The position numbers were made by a program, and so were the translations under genes. The notes under the pieces are model-generated. The model searched no databases and was not told the origin of the DNA. It saw nothing but the letters and a program-made list of their open reading frames with translations. A DNA stretch of 64,000 nt from Deltaproteobacteria bacterium CG11_big_fil_rev_8_21_14_0_20_45_16. Lineage in GTDB: Bacteria; Bdellovibrionota; UBA2394. This document shows, in pieces, positions 58,369 through 64,000 of this stretch. Location: the NCBI GenBank assembly GCA_002787535.1, contig PCXB01000063.1, positions 11,935 to 75,934 of the forward strand. Direction: 5' to 3'. The first letter of the stretch is position 1; the number at the start of each line of letters is the position of its first letter.

Positions 58369-59634
58369 CTAATGTTCACTGCCTTTGAAGGAAAGTTTTA
58401 ATTGTTCTTCAAGGCGTAAGAGTTGATTGTATTTTGCGGTTCGGTCGGATCGCGAAAGGCTTCCGGTTTTGATTTGTCCTGCACCCGTGCCAACGGCCAG
58501 ATCCGCGATAAAACTATCTTCAGTTTCCCCGCTTCTGTGGGATACCATGCACGAATAATCGTTCTTGATTGCCATCCTCATGGTTTCTAAAGTTTCTGTA
58601 ACGCTTCCGACTTGATTGAGTTTGATCAAAATCGCATTGCCACACTTTTCCCTGATTCCGCGCTCAAGCCTTTCAGCTTGAGTGACAAAGAGGTCGTCTC
58701 CAACCAGTTGAAGATTGGGAAAACTTGAGGTCAATTTTTTCCAGCCCTTCCAATCTTCCTCCGCTAGACCATCTTCAATTGAGATAATCGGATAATTCTG
58801 AGCTATTTCTGAATAGATCTCAATCATCTGCTCGGCGGTTCTCGACCCGCCACCAGACTTCTTAAGCTGATATTTTCCATCTTCGAAAAATGACGATGAA
58901 GCAACATCCAAGGCCATTTTGATATTGGCGCCGTAACCGCACGCATCAATGGCTTCTCGAATAAACTTCAGGGCTTCGTCATGACTTCGCAGCTTGGGAG
59001 CAAAGCCACCTTCGTCTCCTACAGCAGTCGAGTAGTCCCGATCCTTTAAGATCTTTTTGAGTTTATGAAAAACCTCGGCGCCCATTCGAAGAGCTTCGGA
59101 AAAAGTTGTTGCCTTCACAGGCGCAATCATAAATTCCTGAAAGTCCAAATTATTGTTAGCGTGCTCCCCTCCGTTCACAATATTCATGAACGGAATAGGC
59201 AAGCACATTTTCTTGGTCCCAAATAGCTGCGCAATACATTCAGCCAGAGTGATTTTTTGGGCAAGGGCTGAGGCCCGAGTCGCCGCCATCGAAACTGCCA
59301 ATATGGCGTTAGCGCCAAGGCTTTTCTTTTGGGGACTGCTGTCTATCGAGAGCATTTTTCCATCAATAGATTCTTGATCCACTGGATCCATGCCTTTTAA
59401 AACTGGAGCAATTCTTTCTAATATGTTGTTGATTGCCTTAAGAACTCCCTTACCCCCATAACGTTTTGGGTCATCATCTCGCAGTTCGACAGCCTCAAAA
59501 ATACCGGTCGAAGCTCCGGAAGGCACTGCCGCTCGAGCCTGCAGTCCAGATTCCAAAATTATTTCGGCCTCGACGGTGGGATTGCCGCGGCTATCCAGTA
59601 TTTCGCGTGCTCGAATATGTTGAATACGATCCAT
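58369..59634 (-). CDS. eno: Enolase
   Basis: [26 protein letters not shown]-terminus plus the SHRSGETED motif. Confidence 0.9.
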   Translation of the reverse strand: MDRIQHIRAREILDSRGNPTVEAEIILESGLQARAAVPSGASTGIFEAVELRDDDPKRYGGKGVLKAINNILERIAPVLKGMDPVDQESIDGKMLSIDSSPQKKSLGANAILAVSMAATRASALAQKITLAECIAQLFGTKKMCLPIPFMNIVNGGEHANNNLDFQEFMIAPVKATTFSEALRMGAEVFHKLKKILKDRDYSTAVGDEGGFAPKLRSHDEALKFIREAIDACGYGANIKMALDVASSSFFEDGKYQLKKSGGGSRTAEQMIEIYSEIAQNYPIISIEDGLAEEDWKGWKKLTSSFPNLQLVGDDLFVTQAERLERGIREKCGNAILIKLNQVGSVTETLETMRMAIKNDYSCMVSHRSGETEDSFIADLAVGTGAGQIKTGSLSRSDRTAKYNQLLRLEEQLKLSFKGSEH

Positions 59635-59710
59635 GGAGGAAGCTTAAACTTTCAAGATCTTGCGAGCAACCGCTGGATCAATGAAAGCGAAATCAGCTAG
59701 AACTAAGTCA

Positions 59711-60205
59711 ATGAAACCCCATGCGATTTATCCCGGTTCTTTCGATCCTTTGACTAATGGACATATTAACCTTGTCGAGCGGGCGCTCAATATATTTGAA
59801 AGCATTACGATCGCCATCGCTCAAAACAGTCGAAAACCAAAAGTTTTTAGTATGGACGAGCGGCTACAAATGATTCGTAAAGTATTTGCGGATTCCCCTA
59901 GGATTGAAGTTGAGAGTTTTGAGGGTCTCCTCGTGGATTATGTTGCCAACAAAGACGGTTTTACGGTGATGCGAGGCATTCGTACGACTGAGGATTTTGA
60001 ATATGAGCTCTCTTTGGCGCAAGCCAATCGGCATCTGCGCCCCGAAGTCGAAACAATTTTTATGATGACGGATCCGCAGTTTAGTTATCTTTCGTCTTCG
60101 ATGATTCGTGAGATTGTGAGCTTAGGGGGTTCCACGAAGGGAATGCTTCCAGATTTCATCGAAGACTTACTTAAAAAGCGATTAGGAGAAGGTAAATCCA
60201 AATGA
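59711..60205 (+). CDS. coaD: Phosphopantetheine adenylyltransferase
   Basis: AIYPGSFDPLTNGHINLVERA (HxGH nucleotidyltransferase motif). Confidence 0.85.
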   Translation: MKPHAIYPGSFDPLTNGHINLVERALNIFESITIAIAQNSRKPKVFSMDERLQMIRKVFADSPRIEVESFEGLLVDYVANKDGFTVMRGIRTTEDFEYELSLAQANRHLRPEVETIFMMTDPQFSYLSSSMIREIVSLGGSTKGMLPDFIEDLLKKRLGEGKSK

Positions 60206-61365
60206 AATTTGAATTGGCAAAACTCCTTTCGAGCTTTGAGGAATCCAAAACCTTGGCGCTTGCCGCGCGTGCGAAAAAACTGAAAGCCGAAGGGAAGCCC
60301 GTAATCAGTTTTGCCTCAGGGGAGCCAGATTTTTTATCGCCAGCTGCGGTCATAAAGGCGGCCTATGAAGGAGCTAGGTCGGGGCAAACTAAATACACGC
60401 CGGTAGCGGGTTCTCCCGACTGCCGACGATCTGTAGCCGTGCGAATCAGCGCCGATTATGGAGTGGAGTTTTCGGCTGACGAGGTGGCGATTTCCAACGG
60501 CGGAAAGCAAGCCATCTATCATTTTTTACAAGCGGCTTTGAATCCTGGGGATGAGGTATTGATTCCCTGTCCCTATTGGACCTCCTTTCCCGAAATGGTC
60601 AAGATGGTCGGAGCCAAGCCTGTGATCGTTCGCTCACCTAATGGGAGATTGCGTGCAGAAGATTTGCAGGCCGCTATCAGTCCTCGAACTAGGGCTTTTA
60701 TTTTCAACTCTCCGAGCAATCCAAGCGGGATGGTTTATACAGACGCCGAGACGAAGTCCTTTCTTGAAGTCATCAAGCCGCATCCGATTTGGCTAATGAG
60801 CGATGATACCTATTACTCGCTGGTTTACGAGCCGCATCGTTGGAGCTCAGCGCTCCAATTGGATCCAAGCTTTAGGGATCGAACCTGTATTGTGGGTTCG
60901 GCTTCGAAGTCTTATGCGATGACGGGTTGGCGTGTCGGTTGGGGGATTGGACCCAAAGATTTGATCAACGGGATGATAAAACTTCAGGGTCAGGTAACAA
61001 GTGGGGCGTCGAGCTTATCTCAAGCGGGACTGATCGAAGCTGTGGGATCGGCTCATAAAGAAGCCGAAGACTTCAAAGCGCTATTCAAAAAGCGTCGAGA
61101 TCTGACCATCGAAAAGCTCTCAAATATCAAAGGCTTAAGCTGGATGGAGCCTCAAGGGGCCTTTTATGTCTTTATTAAGCTTAAGGGCCTCTTAAAGGAG
61201 GAGTCCGTTACAGAGTTTTGTGAGAGATTTTTGGAAAAAAACTCCGTTTGTATGGTTCCGGGGGAAGCCTTTGGCGAGCCTGATTATGCGCGAATTTCTT
61301 ATGCGCTTTCGGATGCCGAAATCATCGAAGGTATTGGTAGATTGGAATTGGCTTTGAAGGGTTGA
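60202..61365 (+). CDS. Class I PLP-dependent aminotransferase (aspartate/aromatic type)
   Basis: SASKSYAMTGWRVGW PLP-lysine region; 387 aa. Confidence 0.8.
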   Translation: MKFELAKLLSSFEESKTLALAARAKKLKAEGKPVISFASGEPDFLSPAAVIKAAYEGARSGQTKYTPVAGSPDCRRSVAVRISADYGVEFSADEVAISNGGKQAIYHFLQAALNPGDEVLIPCPYWTSFPEMVKMVGAKPVIVRSPNGRLRAEDLQAAISPRTRAFIFNSPSNPSGMVYTDAETKSFLEVIKPHPIWLMSDDTYYSLVYEPHRWSSALQLDPSFRDRTCIVGSASKSYAMTGWRVGWGIGPKDLINGMIKLQGQVTSGASSLSQAGLIEAVGSAHKEAEDFKALFKKRRDLTIEKLSNIKGLSWMEPQGAFYVFIKLKGLLKEESVTEFCERFLEKNSVCMVPGEAFGEPDYARISYALSDAEIIEGIGRLELALKG

Positions 61366-61399
61366 CTTCCTTAGAGAATTCAGCGATTTGTTCAGGATT

Positions 61400-61669
61400 A
61401 TGGCTCGGCGATGTGATTTAACAGGAAAACAAGGTCAATACGGCAATACCGTATCAAATGCGAACAATAAGGCGCGGACAAAGTCCTTTGCCAACCTGGT
61501 TTGGAAGCGCTATTTCGTTCCAGAATTGAACCGATTTATTCGGGTGCGGGTTTCTAAACGAGCGGTTCGTACGATTGATAAGTTAGGCGGGCTTTTGCCA
61601 GCTGCGCGCAAATTTAATAAGAGCATTTCGCCCGACCTTCAAAAGATGGTCAAAACGGCGGCTCGATAA
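61400..61669 (+). CDS. rpmB: Ribosomal protein L28
   Basis: MARRCDLTGKQGQYGNTVSNANNKARTKSFANL matches the L28 N-terminus. Confidence 0.8.
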   Translation: MARRCDLTGKQGQYGNTVSNANNKARTKSFANLVWKRYFVPELNRFIRVRVSKRAVRTIDKLGGLLPAARKFNKSISPDLQKMVKTAAR

Positions 61670-61695
61670 TTTTAGTTTCTGACAATAGGAGATCG

Positions 61696-62004
61696 ATGGT
61701 GATGATGGATAGAGATAGAGGCGACAGAGAACGGGGCGATCGAGATGATAAGCCTCGAAAACGAAAAATGAAGCGTTCGAATTTTCGTAAAAAGCGTCCG
61801 CCCGCTGATCTTACTTTTGATTATAAACGAGTTTATGATTTACTCCCCTTCGTAACCGAAGAGGGCAAAATCATCCCCGGACGCGTTTCTGGCTTGCGAG
61901 CTTCTCAGCAACGAGAGCTTACAGTCGCTATTCGACGGGCACGTCATTTGGCCTTCATTAGCCCCATTCGACGTTTTGTCGTGGGTCAATATAGCCGCGA
62001 TTAA
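61696..62004 (+). CDS. rpsR: Ribosomal protein S18 with Arg/Asp-rich N-terminal extension
   Basis: YKRVYDLLPFVTEEGKIIPGRVSGLRASQQRELTVAIRRARHLA matches the S18 core. An AGGAG RBS sits 4 nt upstream. Confidence 0.8.
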   Translation: MVMMDRDRGDRERGDRDDKPRKRKMKRSNFRKKRPPADLTFDYKRVYDLLPFVTEEGKIIPGRVSGLRASQQRELTVAIRRARHLAFISPIRRFVVGQYSRD

Positions 62005-62060
62005 TTCAAATTCTTTAAATGAGATCTAAGATTCTTTGTTGTAACGACATAGTAACAAAA

Positions 62061-62144
62061 GCCTCGGTGGCGGAATTGGTAGACGCGCGAGACTCAAAAT
62101 CTCGTATAGGCAACTATGTGTGAGTTCGATTCTCACCCGAGGCA
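62061..62144 (+). tRNA. tRNA-Leu (anticodon CAA), type II with long variable arm
   Basis: 7-bp acceptor stem GCCTCGG/CCGAGGC, anticodon loop CTCAAAA, long variable arm, T-arm GTTCGATTC. CCA is not encoded. Confidence 0.8.
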
Positions 62145-62223
62145 TTTCTTCTCTTTTGATTTTCGGTATTATTTCACGGTCCGCCCACTTGACTTTCTAT
62201 TTTTTTCTATTAAAATATAGTTT

Positions 62224-62448
62224 ATGTCAAAAGTACAATTGGCAACTCAGATCCATCCCCAGGTGAAGCGAGCCCTCGAAGAGGCGTGTGAATCTCGAGG
62301 GTTGAAGATCGGTCATTTTATCCAGGAGGCTATTTTAGATAAGCTTGAGGAATATGAGGATATTGCCGACCTAAGAAAACTCCGAGCCGAACCTTCTCGC
62401 CCTCTGTCTGATATTATCAGGGACCTTGAGCGCAGTGATAAAATATAA
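62224..62448 (+). CDS. Type II antitoxin (RelB/DinJ/ParD-like)
   Basis: The 74-aa ORF overlaps the downstream RelE/ParE-like toxin gene by 14 nt. A TTGACT-N17-TAAAAT promoter lies upstream. Confidence 0.55.
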   Translation: MSKVQLATQIHPQVKRALEEACESRGLKIGHFIQEAILDKLEEYEDIADLRKLRAEPSRPLSDIIRDLERSDKI

Positions 62449-62695
62449 AATTTTTCTCTCACGTTCGTCCGAAAAAGCATTAAAGAAAATTCCTAAGCAT
62501 GATCTGAGGCGTGTACTTGCAAAACTTGAGTCTCTAAAAATTGATCCATTTCCAGATGGCTGCAAAAAACTGGAAGGGGAGGCTCACGCCTTTCGGGTTC
62601 GAGTAGGTGTTTACCGAATTATTTACGATGTGATTGGGACGAATCTGATTATTTTTGTTCTTAAGATTGCCCATCGTAAAGAGGTTTATCGTTAG
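62435..62695 (+). CDS. RelE/ParE-family toxin
   Basis: KYKIFLSRSSEKALKKIPKHDLRRVLAKLESL...RVRVGVYRIIYDV fold pattern. GTG start. Confidence 0.65.
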   Translation: MIKYKIFLSRSSEKALKKIPKHDLRRVLAKLESLKIDPFPDGCKKLEGEAHAFRVRVGVYRIIYDVIGTNLIIFVLKIAHRKEVYR

Positions 62696-62709
62696 GGGCA
62701 GGCTGTAAA

Positions 62710-63039
62710 ATGGCGGTTGGATTTCCTTACTATCAATTGGATTGCCTCGACCATAATGATGAATTAAAGGCACAGATCCGAATTATGGTTCGCGAGTGGA
62801 ATACTCAGGCTAATTTCGAAGATTTTGTAGCCGGCACGGCGGCTTCAGCGAACACGGCCGGACAGGATGATCCCTATGATGTGGGTTTTGACGAAGATAA
62901 TGATGATTTTTATGATCACAAAAGTCTTCAAGATCTTGGAGCCAATCCGTATTCATCGTTTGGCTTAACAGCAGGAGCTAGCTTGGACTCGATAGTAAGC
63001 AACCCGTCAGACTATTATATGAGTTTTCCAGCTGAGTAA
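62710..63039 (+). CDS. Acidic hypothetical protein
   Basis: 109-aa ORF with no recognisable motif. Confidence 0.3.
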   Translation: MAVGFPYYQLDCLDHNDELKAQIRIMVREWNTQANFEDFVAGTAASANTAGQDDPYDVGFDEDNDDFYDHKSLQDLGANPYSSFGLTAGASLDSIVSNPSDYYMSFPAE

Positions 63040-63965
63040 TACTTAGAGGCTCGCCAGAGAAATTCAAACAAGGCGATATGCCGACGGAAGATTCGCTTCT
63101 GTCGGTGACCGGCAATAGGATGAAAAACCGCCAGGGATCCAGATAAAATCTGCATGGGATTTTTTTTGAGCCATAGCCAAGATCCCATCTCAAGAGTCAG
63201 AGGCAAAAATAAGTTTTTATTCCAATCGGGATTCTTCTGATGCTTTTCGTAAATATAATCCCAAAGATCGCCGTGGGTCAGATAATGTTGGGATTGTGGT
63301 TCTACAACATAAATATGATTGGGGTAACTTCGCTTAAGTAAGCTTGTGAGCGATTGCACTTCGGCAATGCGCTCAAACTGCCGGGTACTTTTTGCATAAG
63401 GGTACCAAAGCCGATCTCGCATTCCAAAACCGGAGTGAACGTCCAGCGCAATACTGCAGGAGGCTGGTAAAATCTCTTTTTCGCAAAAGTTAATAACCGC
63501 CTGAGATTCCAATTCCATGGGCTCGTTTTTCTTGCCGCGATAATAAGGGATGCGACTCGTAATTCGATGCCCGCCAATCAAAAACGGAGTGGGTCCTTCA
63601 GCTTCGATAGGCGCGTTTCGCATCAGATCAACGCCATGATGATTGGAGCGACGCCCCATATACATTCCGGCCGGGTTTACAATAGGAATGGACAGTAATC
63701 GTACTGTTTTGAGACTTTCCAAAAGATCTTCATCCCATTCAAGGCGCGCCACAAAGCTCTCTAGAAAGCTCACAATCGTCTGAGAGCCAATGCGCTCAAG
63801 CCCATGAACACCGCCAAAGAGAGCTAAGCAAGGAAGACGAGGATCATCCGGACCAAAGCGAAGGGAAAAAATGGGGAAGTTGGACTTCCGAAATTGAATT
63901 GTTTCCAAAATATCAATTGCTGCAAATTTCTTAGCTTTCTCGACGAGATGTACGACCCGGTCCAA
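63015..63965 (-). CDS. Succinylglutamate desuccinylase / aspartoacylase (AstE/AspA, M14-like) family protein
   Basis: LALFGGVHGLERIG zinc-ligand region and about 316 aa, typical of the family. Confidence 0.55.
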   Translation of the reverse strand: MDRVVHLVEKAKKFAAIDILETIQFRKSNFPIFSLRFGPDDPRLPCLALFGGVHGLERIGSQTIVSFLESFVARLEWDEDLLESLKTVRLLSIPIVNPAGMYMGRRSNHHGVDLMRNAPIEAEGPTPFLIGGHRITSRIPYYRGKKNEPMELESQAVINFCEKEILPASCSIALDVHSGFGMRDRLWYPYAKSTRQFERIAEVQSLTSLLKRSYPNHIYVVEPQSQHYLTHGDLWDYIYEKHQKNPDWNKNLFLPLTLEMGSWLWLKKNPMQILSGSLAVFHPIAGHRQKRIFRRHIALFEFLWRASKYYSAGKLI

Positions 63966-64000
63966 CTCCGGAAGTTGGCTTTTTTCAAACCGAAAACTTG

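Noticed and set aside
1-64000. Searched for CRISPR arrays, rRNA, integrases/transposases and prophage genes
   Set aside because: None was recognisable. The only RNA gene found is tRNA-Leu at 62061-62144.

Overview
This is a 64-kb chromosomal window from a Gram-negative bacterium of roughly 45-47% GC. It uses sigma-54 and has a Bdellovibrio-like or deltaproteobacterial gene repertoire; that lineage call is a guess. Gene density is high, with about 60 CDS and one tRNA-Leu, and no rRNA, CRISPR array or obvious transposase.

Housekeeping genes dominate. They include pip, two tandem uvrA-family genes, a pilD-like prepilin peptidase, a PTPS-family gene, a dihydroorotase-like gene, metF, cdd, cysS, trmB, psd, pyk, astA-astD, an acyl-CoA synthetase, eno, coaD, an aminotransferase, rpmB-rpsR, rluD and pgeF.

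Between them sit secreted and surface-protein blocks:
- An FG-GAP beta-propeller protein with a coiled-coil tail lies next to a CheY-like receiver.
- A 953-aa lipoprotein carries five Cys-containing Ig-like repeats and GLUG repeats.
- A FadL-like outer-membrane protein, a secreted protein and a lipoprotein form a three-gene operon.
- A six-gene operon runs from an ABC-2 transporter through GldG, DUF4340 and DUF1844 to DegP.
- Two thermolysin-like metalloproteases flank a CvpA gene and a CPBP gene.
- A histidine kinase plus sigma-54 (NtrC-type) response regulator pair is present.

Findings worth a second look:
- A perfect 13-bp tandem duplication splits a secreted HExxH metalloprotease gene into two ORFs.
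- Two tandem, divergent UvrA paralogs sit side by side, and the first lacks the insertion domain.
- Two sigma-54-type -24/-12 promoter motifs were found. One overlaps a perfect 24-bp palindrome immediately upstream of the giant lipoprotein gene.
- A tRNA-Leu is followed directly by a RelE/ParE-type toxin-antitoxin pair and an orphan acidic ORF.
- A lipoprotein locus spans three overlapping reading frames.
- A perfect 21-bp in-frame duplication lies in the Ca2+/Na+ antiporter gene.

The divergent surface-protein cluster at 28.6-38 kb is the best candidate for an undescribed system, but its function cannot be inferred from sequence alone. All start coordinates were refined by eye. Nothing was searched against databases.
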